Shown here piece by piece: positions 15,165 to 30,338 of a stretch of 64,000 nt of DNA (within the stretch, counting starts at the first letter, position 1; every line of letters starts with the position of its first letter). The notes beneath the pieces are model-generated. The model was not told the DNA's origin, made no database searches, and saw only the letters and a program-made list of their open reading frames with translations. The stretch comes from the human T2T-CHM13v2.0 reference genome, Homo sapiens: assembly GCF_009914755.1 (NCBI RefSeq), contig NC_060939.1; one strand, given 5' to 3'. The translations under genes and the position numbers were made by a program.

Positions 15165-18100
15165 AAAAGTAAAACTTTAAATAAGTTATTGGTGAAAGCA
15201 TCAGGAATAGTCCCCTTGTCTAGTAACAGAACACATGAGAGAATAATCAGATGAGTGTTGAATATTGCAAAAGGAATCTCCTTTTGTTTTTTTAATGTTC
15301 CCAAAATATCTGAATTCATTTGGAGCAAATTATTAAGTGAGAAAGAGACTATAACAAAGCAACTTCAAGGCCTAGTGTTACTAACAGTGCTGTTTAATTT
15401 TACACATCTGCTCATCTTAGCTGTATGTACATTTGGGGAATGGAACAACATACACATTAGATGTGACTAAAGGAAAGTTTTTTCTTTTAAGGATATAAAC
15501 TGTGAGATGGAGAAAACAACTGATATTTTCAACTGTGATGTCATATCTGTCACTAAGGGTTGTTTTCTTTTGTGGTGGTTTTAATATCCTAGTGATTCCA
15601 CATTTCTTCTGAAATCCTCCTTTTTAATGAGGGTATCTAGATTTTGACAAATCAAATAGTCAGGTTTTTGAAGGTATTTAACTGACTAAATGGAATCATA
15701 AACTAGATTTATTTTTAAAGCCAGTCCACTCCATTTCTAGAGTATAGTTGGTGCGAAAGGTAGGTGTAGGGAGAGTGAGTTTTGTTAGTGTTACTTTCTC
15801 TGAGTATAAATAAGTGTGTAAACAAATTTGGTGGATGAAAAAAAATTGAACATTTTTGACTACCAAGAGTAAGAGATAACAGTATTCAACATGATATAAC
15901 TTATATTGTTTCTATTCCCTGTACTCCTACCTCCGCACACCCAGCTACCGGTAAAGTGGTGATAGCCATTTTAATAAGAATTAACCCAATGGTCAGTTCT
16001 CAAAATTTTATTGATTCTTTAAAAAATGGACATCTATCCATTTGACAAAATAACTAAAGGAAAAACATCCATTCTTAATAGTAAAGCTTTCTTTAAAAGG
16101 GCAGTGCCATGGAAATTCGAGTGTTGTTAGAAAGTGAGTGTTAGGATCATCCTGTCTCTGGGCATACAGGTTAATTCTGGCTTGTAATGAAATCCCTCTC
16201 TAGCTATAACTTTGTGCAAGGAATCTTAGTAGCACAAAGAACTATAGTGGATAGGGAAATATGTTTTAGTTATTCTGCCATTATCTTGATTTTTCTTCTT
16301 TAAAATTAGAAATCATGCTGATAAGTTGATGTACCTTTCGTATTCCTGTATCTAAATTTTTTTATTTTAATTTTTACTCTGGGTTTGGGAGAAATAACTA
16401 AATTTTTCATTTGAAATGGGATCTTGATAGACATGTTTCAGATGGATTTGTCTGGATCTAAAAATAATGTCTAGGGTCAGATTCTCACTATAAACCACTT
16501 CATGATCACTGTGGCCAAGCTTGGTTGACCAGAGACTCTCAGAAGCCAGTAGGTCCTTCTTTTCATCCCTGGTTGCAACTTGGGCTAAGAAAGGGCTTTT
16601 TCGTTAGTGACGGACAAGGGCTGCAGTGGTTTGACTGATGGAGAGCATAGAGGTTTCAAGAGGGAATCCTGGGCCTGTACTTACTTTTTCAGTTGGTGCT
16701 GGCCAGCCCAATTCCTACGGAGAGTAGCCTGCTATAAAATGCCACCTGTTGTGAGAAGAAGATATCTGTTGGGGACACAGTAGGAACAGTGGTAGAGGGC
16801 TGACAAGTCCTTTCAAGGAATTTCAGTGAATGAGTGTGCACCTACATCTGTCTCAATGGAAAGACTAACGAATTGCAGTGCAGATGAACAGTTATGTCCC
16901 AGTAGTTATGGCCACTCAACTACAGAAATAAATATCCTGTGGTAATACACCTCATTAAATATATTCATATTTAGCTTTTGAGTTTCCCAGCTATTCATGG
17001 AAACTTTTACCTTCTGGACTTAAAAGCATGTGTTTTTACTGAAGCGTCAAAGAAGCCAGGTGTCCCTGAAGACTTTTGTAAAGCATTGTAATGAGAAATT
17101 TACCTTAGACTGAGTAGTTGTTAACTTAATATTTTAGAGGTTTTGTCCATATTTAATAACTTGGATTCCATAAAAATAAGATTAAAGATGCCTTTTTATT
17201 TACCAAAAAGCTATTTAATTTTCTTCTTGATTAAAAAATTGTAGCTTTTTAGATCAGTTCAATCAGGCAATTAAAGATCAGAGCTTTTAAGTTCAGCTAA
17301 GGCAATTAAATAGGTAATATACTTGTTTATGCACTTTTGCTATATAAGCTCATTGCTGTTCCTTCTTAAAAGCACATGTACTCATTTTTGCTTTCTCTAA
17401 ATGAATGATGATGGGAATTCTAGCTGAACATGTGTCACATTGTCAAATCAAAAACAGGGGTCCTTCTGCAGGGGCTGGGGGAGCCTGGTTTAGGCATTGT
17501 GAGAGGACAGTGAAAAGAAGATGGTGAAAGAGAAATACTAATGAGTGATCTATACCTCTTCCTCCTTTGTCTTGGTCTAAGTACCTGTGTTGTCCTCTGA
17601 TCATCATTTTCTAATGCCGTTCTTAAAAACCAGAGTAAAAAAAAAAAGAAATTGCTTTGTACTTATGGGCACAAATTTCAAAAGATTAAGAAATGGAGAT
17701 GTGTTCAGTATCTAATGAGAAAAGAGAACAAACTATTTCTCGCATTTATATGGCTTCCTTGGAATACGGTGGTCCAGATTTTAGCTATAGAAAGTGTATA
17801 AATAAGTAGTATATTACAGAATTTATTAAACGTAGTTAATGGCTTCCAAACAAACTCTTGAAAACCTGGAGTCTCTCCCGTAGTTTATATCCAGTGAGGA
17901 CTGTAGAGTAGAATGAAATCTGAGCAATAAGCAGCGGCAAACCACTCATCCCATGAGGCTTGTTAGTCTGGTAGAAGTTAGTTTATTTGATAGTATATTA
18001 TGTTAACTGGAAATTGTTTTGGAAATTGAAGCACAGCAGTTGCTATTCATAATGGATCATCAAATGTTATATTCAGTCAGGTGTTACTATTGTTTATTTT

Positions 18101-19099
18101 GCTCTTTTTAAGATTTGGTTGAGATATATGTGCAGGGACTTTATAAACTATTGAATGCTAAGAATGTGGCATGTTTTTATTATAACCATGAATTAATCAC
18201 TTTATTCAGTTAATAAGAATACACCACTCCAAAACCAAGCCAGGGAGAGAGTTTATTATACTTTATATTACTGAGTCAAAAATTATGAAAATCTTTTCTC
18301 TAAAATAAACCAAACGTGTGATAATTCCACATGAGGACATAATCATTAAAAATGTTTGAAATGCCCACCAAATTAACTACTGTGGAAAAGTTGTCTTTAT
18401 TAAAAGGCATATGTGAGAGCACTATAAGCATAGCATGTGCTGACTATGGGTAAAAACAAAGAAAATGAACAGTGAGAAAATCTGTTAGGCCAGATCCGAC
18501 ATTACAGGAAACATCGCAGCTTCACTTCAAAACATACATCGCCACTAATGAGGTGAGAGCCCTGCATATTAATAAACCTACAGCTCCAGTCATAGCCATC
18601 ATTACCCACATCAAACATAAATACAAGATTAACACCTATGCCATTTCTTGGGAAGATGTGAGAATGCCCTGGTAGTAACTGCTGTCTCTTTCCCTGAGGA
18701 TAAAAAATAGAAATGCAAGGGTAATGAGAATAGAATTTAGATTAAGAAAATAAAATTGGCAATCATTCTGGGGCCATCTTACACAGATGCAGAAGTTTAT
18801 AGAAGAAAAAAAAAACCTATATAGTTGGTGTGCCAGGAGTTTTTTTGTATATATGAACCTGGTTAGTTTCATTTACTTTCTCCAATAGGAGAACTTTTTA
18901 AAAATACGTTTTTGCAGAAATTCTGTAGGAAAATGCTGGCCAGATAGATTTGTGTTTAAAGAAACTAAGCCTTGTAGTTTCAGTATACATGTTACAAATT
19001 TTATTTTCTACCCTTGGCTTTTCTCTTTTATAAATCTGGCCTCACACAGACTTTCCAATTAGTGCTACCTTAGATACCAAAGCCAGTGTTAGTTTGATC

Positions 19100-19710
19100 A
19101 TTGAGCAACTATTTATTTTATACCTACTACGTTCTAGGCGCTTTCACAGTACTTGAAACACATCAATATGTGAAACAAAAGATTTCTATGATCATAGAAC
19201 TCATATTCTAGCAGTGATAGAGTGGGTTAGGAAACATTTCTTAAACAATAACATACATAATAAGTAAGTAAAATACGGAGTGTGTTAGAGGGTTGTTAAT
19301 AATAGAAAAGAAAAAGTAGATTGAGGTTAGGGGAAGCAAAGGGTAGGTTGCGTATTAATCAAAGAAACCTCATAGGGAAGATGAGTTTGGGAGGAAGGCT
19401 TGAAAGGGGAGAGTTACTAGTCAAGTAGATATATGAGAAACAGTTAGAGTAGACACCACAGGATGTGCCCGGAGTGTTAGTGGAACAGCAAAGAGGCCAG
19501 TGTGTCTGTATCTGAGTGTGGGAGACAAGAGTAGAATCAGCTGTTAGGAAAATGTTTTGGTAATTCAGGTAAGTTTCAGGGGCCCAGATCAGGGAGATAG
19601 TTATAAAGATGGGGAGAAGTGGTGATTCTGGATATATTTTAAATGTATAGTTGATAGAATTTGCTGATGGATTGCTTGTGACTTTTAAGAGAAAGGCGTC
19701 AAGGTTGCTT
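19100..19710. mobile_element. L2 remnant
   Basis: Purine-rich L2-like tract (atagaactcatattctag, gattctggatatatttt..agaatttgctgatggatt). Confidence 0.65.
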
Positions 19711-19739
19711 AAATTGTTAACAGTTTAGTATGCTAAAAA

Positions 19740-20490
19740 TACTTCTTGCTACTTTCTTTCCCTGAAAAGAGATAACAACAAAAAAACCTGATAATATGAA
19801 GTGCTGACTAGAATACAGAGCAATTAGAATTCTCATACATTGCTGGTAGAAATATAAAATGGTACAGCTGCTTTGAAAAATAGTTTGACAATTTCTTGCA
19901 ACATGATTCAGCAATCCCCTTCCTAGATATTTACCTAAGAGAAAGGAAAACATATGTCCACACAAAAACTTTAGGCAACTCTTTATAGTGGCTTTATTCA
20001 TAATAGCTCCAAACTGGAAACAACCCAAGTGTCTTTCAGCTGGTAAATGGAAAAACAGACTGTAATACATCCACAGAGTGGAATATTACTCAGCAATAAA
20101 ACAAGCTACTGTTACATGTAACAACATGGGTGAATATCAGATACTTCATGTTAAATGAAGGAGGTGACTCAAAGGGTTACCAGCTGTGTGATTCCACTTA
20201 TATGACATTCTGGAAAAGGCAGAATACATACATGGAAAAAGCAAAATACAATTTTCCATCCTATGGGATGGAACATCAGCATCACTGGTTGACAAACAGT
20301 GGAGGAGGAGTTGACTGTAAAGGCATGAAGGAACATTTTGGTATGTTGGAAATGTTCTGTAGCTTGATTTTTGTGGTAGTTACATGGTTATATGTGTTTT
20401 TTAGCAAACGAAGACCTGTGCACCTGAAAAGGGTGAGTGAATTTTACTGTGTATAAATTATGCCTCAGTAAACCAAATTTTAAAATTAAA
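19740..20490 (+). mobile_element. Old L1M 3' fragment
   Basis: ORF2 C-terminal and 3'UTR motifs (ctggaaacaacccaagtgtc, gattccacttatatgacattctggaaaaggc). Confidence 0.8.
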
Positions 20491-21641
20491 AAGTAAACCA
20501 GATTTACAGAGAAAAGCTCTTCTTACATCTTAGCAGTGCAGTAGACACTCTAGAAAGAAGTTTTCCCTGCCAAAAGGACAAACCATTCTTTCAAAGGGTC
20601 TTGGTGATTCTGTTATTGTTTCTGTATCTTCATGGTTCCTGACAAATCCTACCTAGGTTTGATCTAGTAACTCAGTAGCTTAAAAAACAGCCAGCCAACC
20701 CCCCCACCCCAAGAAAAAAAACCAACCCTTGTGATTTAAAGGATATCTACAATGCCAGAAAGAGAGAGACAGGGTCAGGGAAGGAAGGATAGTGGGAAGA
20801 GAAACAGAAACTTAGAAGTTGCTGTTATCATTGGCACAATTTGAAACATCTGGAAATTGGACAGTTCTTTCTGTAGTTAAGCCGATTTTTTTCCCCAGAG
20901 ATATTACCAAGAACTGCGTATCTGCAGAGCTGACTTAACCTGTTGGACAATTTTAAAAGCTCAGTTTCTAAGAAGGAATAAGGCTTTATCTGACATTCCC
21001 AATTCAGTCCTACTGACTGACTGCCTCACTGGGTGACCCCAGAAAGGCAGATCACTCCTGTTCTCTTTGCCTCTGTTCCCTCATGTATACTATGAAAGAG
21101 TAGCTGGATGATCACTCAGATTTCTTCAAGAGCTAAGGTTCTGGGTTCTGTGATTTCCTGACTGAAGGAAGTGTGACCTGTTGATAAGGTGGGGAACAAA
21201 GAAAATCAGAGAGACATAAAAGAAAAGAAAGAGAAAAGGGAGGGGAGAATTTCCAAGAGTAGATTTTGTGATGAAAATAATAACAATAATGACTATTAAG
21301 CATGTACTCTGTACCAGGCACTGTTCTAGGTGCTTAATGTATATAAATTATTTAAGGTATTCCTTCAAAGTGGGAAATTCTAGGAAATATGAAATGTTTT
21401 AAAACTGAAGATAAGAGACTAAAGTATAAAACAAATAATTGAAAATTAAAGCTGTGTGCCTTAGCTAAGAAAATGTTGCTTTCTAAACCAGACTCATGTT
21501 ATCAAATCAAAAGGCATCTTTAAGGGAAACTGTTTTTAAAGTATCAGGGACACTGAAAATGAAGTATTATAATTAATAAGGAATTATAATAAGGACATGT
21601 AAAGTCACAACTTGGATGGAAAGCAAGAACACGTTTTTTTT

Positions 21642-23178
<1,537 letters not shown>

Positions 23179-23789
23179 GAACACTTTTTTTTTTAATCTT
23201 TTTGTTGTGAAACAATGGTAGATCCACTGGAAGTTGCAAAAAAATGCACAAGACAGTCCCATCTAAGGGCATCCTTTTTAAGGAAGGAATTTTGAAGAAA
23301 ATGGGAAGGTGAGAGGGTAACAGTTCAAAATAGTGTAGGCAGGTAAATGTTATATATTTGATATTGTCCTTTAAGTGAAATCAGTATAAATTTTAAGATT
23401 AAAAATGTTATAAGAATATTTGTATTATATTCCAAAATTATTTTGTTATATTTATTAAATGGGAAAAGAGAAATGGTTTGGTAGAGGTAAAACGTTTGAA
23501 TTCCTTAGGAAAGAAATTTTGATGTCAAGGTGGTAGTTAAAATAGTATGTTAGTGTGTGTAAAAGTTGGGATTTGGGGCAAAAATAAATTAGGGAATGAT
23601 TATTTTCTGGATAAAGTGATTCTTAAACAAAAGAATTCTTGGAAAGTATTGCTATCAATAGAAAACTAACCTGATTAATTTTTAATGATTTATTAAAAGA
23701 TAATTTGCATAAAGCTTTGTAACAATCTGTTTTTTTGCAGAGATCTACATAGTTTGTGATTAACTATATACATTATAGTGAATTTTTAA

Positions 23790-24131
<342 letters not shown>

Positions 24132-24696
24132 CCAAACACTTTTTTAAAAGAACTGTTTAGTGCTTGAGTAACCCAAGTAAATTTAAAAGGAGTCATTCCC
24201 AGTAGGTTTTATGTTGCCATGTGTAATGATGAGAGAGCTAGTATGTGCGTTCTTCCTTCCCTGAGCTCTCAGGCTGTTTAATCAGATGGGTCTGGAAGGA
24301 GGCATTTATGTTATACAAGTGCTAGTGTTGAGAGCACAGTTAACATCCTATCTCCTGTGTAAAAATCATTTCCATATTGTCCTTTAAATATAATAAATAT
24401 TAATCACATCCAGCGCTATAGTAGATTATAACTTGTGAATGTGTATGTTTTTGAAAAGAAAAAAAAAGACTTAGCCCATTAACAGGGTAAACAAACTCTG
24501 ACTCTAGGTTGTTGGTTTTTCTCCAGCTCTGACACTATCCACACAAATGAACATCTCGAGAAATTAAGCCTCTTTCCCCATATTGGTCATTCATTCTATT
24601 TACCTTGGGTGATCACAGGGTATTTCTGTATTTGCAGTATGTTGTGATTTTCAAGAGATCAGAAACGCTACATGTCTTAAAAGTATTCTTTTAAAA

Positions 24697-25695
24697 GAAT
24701 ATGTGCCTAGAATATATAAAGAACTCTCAAAACTCAATGGTAGAAAAACAAACAATCCAATTAGAAAATGGGCAAAGACATGAAGAGACATTCCACTGAA
24801 GAGTATACACAGATGGCAAATAAGCACATGAAAAAGATGTTCAATATCATTAGGCTTTAGGGAAATGCAAATTAAAACCACCATGAGATATTACTATATA
24901 CCTATCAGAATGGCTAAAATAAAAAATAGTAACAATAGCAAATGAGGATGCAGAAAATTGGATCACTAATACATTGCTGGTAGGAATGTAAAATGATACA
25001 GCCCCACTGCTGACATTTAAAAAAAAGAGAAAGAAAGCTAGACATGCCACTACCGTATGACCCAGCAATTGCATTCCTGGGCATTTATCCCAGAGAAATG
25101 AAGACTTCTGTTCACACAAAAACCTGTACGCAAGTGTTTATTGCAGCTCTATTCATCATAGCCAAAAACTGGAAACAACTCAGATGTCCTTCAACAGGTG
25201 AATGGTTAAGCAAGCTGTGGGCATTCATACCATGGATTACTGCTCAGCAATAGAAAGGAGCGAACTGTTGATGCCCACAACCTAGATGAATCTCCAGATC
25301 ATTATACTGAGTGAAAAAGCCAGTCACAAAGGTTACATAGTGTATGATTCCATTTGTATAATATTCTTGAGATGACAAAATTATAGAAATGGAGAGAGCA
25401 CATTAGTGGTTACCAGGGGCTGAGAGGATGGGAGACAGAGGGAATGTTTACAATGGAGCAAGATGAGGAATCCTCATGGTGATGGAAATGTTCTCCATCT
25501 TGACTATCAGTGTCAATACCCTGGTTGTGATACTATACTACAGTTTTATAAGATGTTACCATTAGGGGAAACTGGGTGGAGGGTACACAGGATGTCTCTG
25601 TATTATTTCTTACCATTGTAAATGTAAACTTTGAGATAACTGTGTAAATCTATAGTTATCTCAAAATTAAAAGCTTAATGTAAACAACAAAAAAA
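24697..25695 (+). mobile_element. L1MC-like 3' fragment (~1 kb)
   Basis: ORF2 C-terminal peptide (PYDPAIAFLGIYPREMKT) and L1MC-type 3'UTR, flanked by aaaagaatat on both sides. Confidence 0.85.
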
Positions 25696-26589
25696 GAATA
25701 TATCATCTTTCTGTAGTTACCTGTATTCAGAAGGTCAGCTTAATCAGAGAAGGTTGTCCTGGACTTAGTTTTTCTCTCTCCCATGCTTCTGTGGTAGGAT
25801 TTGATCATAGGCAGAGTCATCCCTTTTAGGAAATCAGTAAGAGGGAAATTACCCTCTTCCATTCTGAAAATGAGTATCAATGGAAGCCTTAGAGGAGAAA
25901 TAAGGAAAGACGTCGTGTGTCATTCAAGGAACAAATGCAAATGGAAGAAGATAGTTATTTCCCCAGTCCCCACCTCTAAAAGCCTTCTGACTTGCAGGGG
26001 ATTGGGATTTGAAGCAGACTGTGTGATCGTTGTGTGTTTTGGCTCACCAGTCTCTATAGTATCCATTAGGGTAAGCTTCTATCCAACCACCCAGCAAGAT
26101 GCCCCCAGTGTGTGGATGAGTGTTTGATTCACCAAGCCCCGCAGTTAGCTCTGATCATTGCTTTGTCTCTGACACAAACCTGAAGTTTAGGAGCTTATCA
26201 GAGGGAGAGAGAGAGCACCTGTATGATGAATGACAGGGTCATTTCTGTTGGTAGAGGAGTTTATGGCATTGATTGTATGCCAGTGGATATTTGTTGGATG
26301 AATACATTGAATCATAATTTTCTGAGGGCAGTGTTTTTCTCCTGGAACTTTTTATAATGTGGCTAAATTGGAAGTCATCTTTTGTTCCCCTTTCTCGTAT
26401 TAAAGTAAGAGATTTATCCTTGGGACATTTTGCCAAGCAGAATGGACAGACAGCTTTAGCAGTTGGAAGAGCTCTCCATGTCTCTTCCTTTCTCTAAAGG
26501 CATGGTTGAAGGTGATCAGCACCATGGAAATCAAATCTACTCTTTTGCTGGTGGAAGATTAAGTTCCTTCTGGATTGGGTACAATCATA

Positions 26590-27450
26590 ATGATAACAAT
26601 ATTAATCATTTTCCTAATATCATTTATTGAGTACCTTGTATGTGCTACAGTGTTAGCTCTCTTGTATGTATAATTTTATTTAATTGTTATAATAACCTTG
26701 TGAGGAGGTATCATTGTATCTCCATTCTTAGGTGAAGCAATCAAGGCTCAAGCAGCCTAAAAAACTTGCTTAGTTATAGGAAAAGTCATAGGAAAAAGTC
26801 ATAGGAAAGTGGTTGGTGGCCTAATGGAAAAGCTCTAGTATGAGGGTCAGACCCAGGTTTAAGTTCTTGTTCTTCCTCTTAATTCATCTTAGCTATGTGA
26901 CCTTGGGTCAGCTTCTTAACTTCTTTGAGGTCATAGCATTGTACCTGGCATATAACAGCTATTATTATGTCAAATAATTATTTCTCAAGAAAAGAAGCAA
27001 GAGGTTAAATGAGAGGGAATAGTTAGAACGTTCCTCACACTTTCCTGTTAACATCTCCTTTTCTTAGAAAATTAGCCTGTGAGTATAAAGAACTTAAAAC
27101 ATCTGGGCTATTTTCTTTGTGAACTTCCCAAGATCACCCAACTATTCACTGCCAAAGCTGGGATAATCCATCCTATTAGTTCCAATAAGATTTAGCTCAT
27201 AAATATAATGCAGTTTGTTAAGGCTTAAGAGCTTTACTAGTCGAAGCCTCTAGTTTTGTGTCCTTGGGCAAGTAATTTCATTAATTTGAACCTCAATTTC
27301 CTCCTCTGTAAAATGGGGTTAATAATAGTACCTATCTCAAGGGTTACAATGAGAATTAAATGAGGTAATGCATATGATAATAATGCACTTAGCCCAGTTC
27401 CTGGTATATATTAAGTGCCAAGTAAGTGTTATCTACCATAATTTTTTGTT
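26590..27450. mobile_element. Cluster of MIR fragments
   Basis: MIR core motifs (gctatgtgaccttggg, cctcaatttcctcctctgtaaaatgggg, aatagtacctatctca). Confidence 0.75.
26776..26810. repeat. Short tandem repeat (ataggaaaa(a)gtc) x3
   Basis: Read directly from the sequence. Confidence 0.85.
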
Positions 27451-28666
27451 ATTTCTTTAAAACAAATTACCAGGATTAGTCTTCGGGACACACCGCTCCA
27501 AGTCAAGTCTGCTGTCTTACATCTTATTTATGCATATAATGTGGTATTCCTTTGTTTTCTTTCCTTTTTCCCCAAAAATGTTTTATAGTCAAGAGGAGTC
27601 TTAACAGTCAGTGGTATCTTAGACTTGGGGAAGTAGGTTGTGCAGGAACACATTCCTCCAGACCTGGCTTTTCCTAAACACTGACCAGAATATGTACACA
27701 TCACAGGTAGGAATCTAAGATTCACCACTTTAGAAGGAAATCTCTTTTACTTACTATGAAAGGATTAAGAGAGGGAGAATTGAGAAGCTCAGGCCTTTTT
27801 GCCCTTGTTATTAATCTTGTAAGTGTCCCAGGTACCCTGCCTTTATTGAAGAAGGAAAGGGCACGTTTGTTGCCTCCATTCTGAACCGAATCATGAGACT
27901 CCAGGCAATAACTGCCATTGAGGATGGCTAATTATGCTGTTTAATTTTATTTAAGGCCTTTGCAAGAATATTTGGATGACCTACCCTTTCTTATGTGATG
28001 GAGTCATTAGAATAACTTTTATATTGAAATGTGGTTTTCTCTTAAGTATGTTCCCGTTGTGCACAGATGAATTTGTAATGCAGAACGTCAGCATAGTCTA
28101 TACTTAATTGTACCTGCTGTTCTCATTCATTAGAATGCAGTCCCCAATAAATAACTAGATAGATATATTGTTTTTTTTCTTTTCATAAGACAATTAAACA
28201 TAATGAAAGAGCATTGCTGAAGATCCCAGGCACAGTGCTAGGAGAGGTTGCTAGGAGTGGAGACCGGCTAATGTGCCCTCTGGCTCCTGGTAAACTGAGA
28301 GTGGCTTCCTGGTATTCACACAGTGTAATTGCTTTATAGGGGGGAAAAGTTGAAGAGAAGTTTATTTCTGCCTCCATTGTCATCCCACAACAGCCACATG
28401 CCACATTTAAAAATGTTTCTGTAACAATTGTACCATGCCTGTTTCTAAGAGCATTCAGTGAGACATGTAAAAGTTCAGAGCAAATTAAATGTTTAAATAT
28501 GAAACAAAGACCAAAAGGAAGTAGAAGTTGGAGATACCAACAGCACCTGATGTGAATAGGTCACAACAAAAAGGGAATCCTCAATTGGTATGGTTTTTCT
28601 TTTCTGGCAAAAGAAAGCATATAGCTGATACAAAAATCACAATTTTCTTTAGAACTGATCTTACCA

Positions 28667-29015
<349 letters not shown>

Positions 29016-29794
29016 TTAAGTAACTCCAACTGTAGTTTTGTGAAGGAGCTTTTATTTGTTTTGAACAGCCCCCTCGGCACCCAGCCAGATCCTAGCCAAG
29101 GGTAACCTCCCACCCTGACCCCTGATTGTGCTGGGGGCAGGGGCTGGGCAGTGGGCGGAGGAGCCCTTTTGTGAAGATGTTGGGAAAGCACATGCTCTTG
29201 AGGCTCTGGCCTTTATTAGCAAGCTTCTGCTTGATGCTGTTTATGTGGATTGTTTAATGGCTAATTGATGCAGAATGTGTAAAGATACAGTTTCCTGCGT
29301 GAGGCAGTTATGGGTGGCAACATGGGTTGTCTCAACACGATACCAATTTCCACAGTCAATTTGGCCAATTCAGTGGGGGGAAAAAATCAGTCCAGCCTGA
29401 AAATCAGAGCAGCTACTTGCGGTTATTGAGGCAACTATGGTTGGTGGACCAAATTTTTCATGTTTGAATCAGTTGTTTTTACATTTTATAGACATAGCCT
29501 TACTCATTTCTTGAAATAATCTTAAATACACAAAAGTAACATTTTAAAATTAATATCTTTCTTTAAATATTTGTAATTGCGGTTTATCAGGCCTAGTGCA
29601 TATCAGTTCTAAGAGGAAATAACCATTTTACCATTGATATATAGTATATGTAATTAACTGATCTTTCATACTTTGTTATAGGGTAAGAGAGTGACCACAG
29701 TGACCACAAAAGCACCTGCAGAAACTATGGATTATCAATTTATTTATTAGTAATTAGTCATGGTAATGAGAAATCAAGTTGTGTTTTGAGGTTG

Positions 29795-30338
29795 ATTTTT
29801 TAAAACAGCTTTATTGATATATAATTTGCATGCCATAAAATTCATCTACTCAATTCAGTGATTTTTAGTAAGTTTATAAAGTTGTGCAACCATAACCATA
29901 ATCCAGTTTTAGAACATTTTCATCACCCCAAAAAAGTGTCCTCATGTTCATTGGCAATCACTCCCTGCTCCTGTCCTCAGCCCCAGGGAACCACTGATTT
30001 ACTTTCTGACTTTTACAGATTTGCCTTTTCTGGACATTTTATATAAGCAGAAACATACCACATGAAATCTTTGTGCCTGACTTCTTTCACTTAGCATGAT
30101 GTTTTTGAGATGTGTCTGTATTATAGCATGTGTCTGTAGTTCATTCCTTTTTATTGTTCAGTAGTATTCCATTGTATGGATATATCACATTTTGTCTGCT
30201 TATTTACTAGTAGAGGGATATTTGGCATTGTATCCACTTTGGGACGATTATGAATAATACTACTTTTCATACACAAGTCTTTATGTGGTTCTGTATTTTC
30301 ATTTCTCTTGAGTAAATACCTAGGAGTGGAATTGGTAT
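29795..30338 (-). mobile_element. L1MB/ME 3' fragment
   Basis: cagctttattgatatataattt..aagttgtgcaaccat..ccagttttagaacattttcatcaccccaaaa 3'-end signature. Confidence 0.85.

Noticed and set aside
19566-19574. Consensus 5' splice site CAG|GTAAGT
   Set aside because: It lies in a purine-rich L2 remnant with no convincing upstream acceptor, and one such match is expected by chance in 64 kb.
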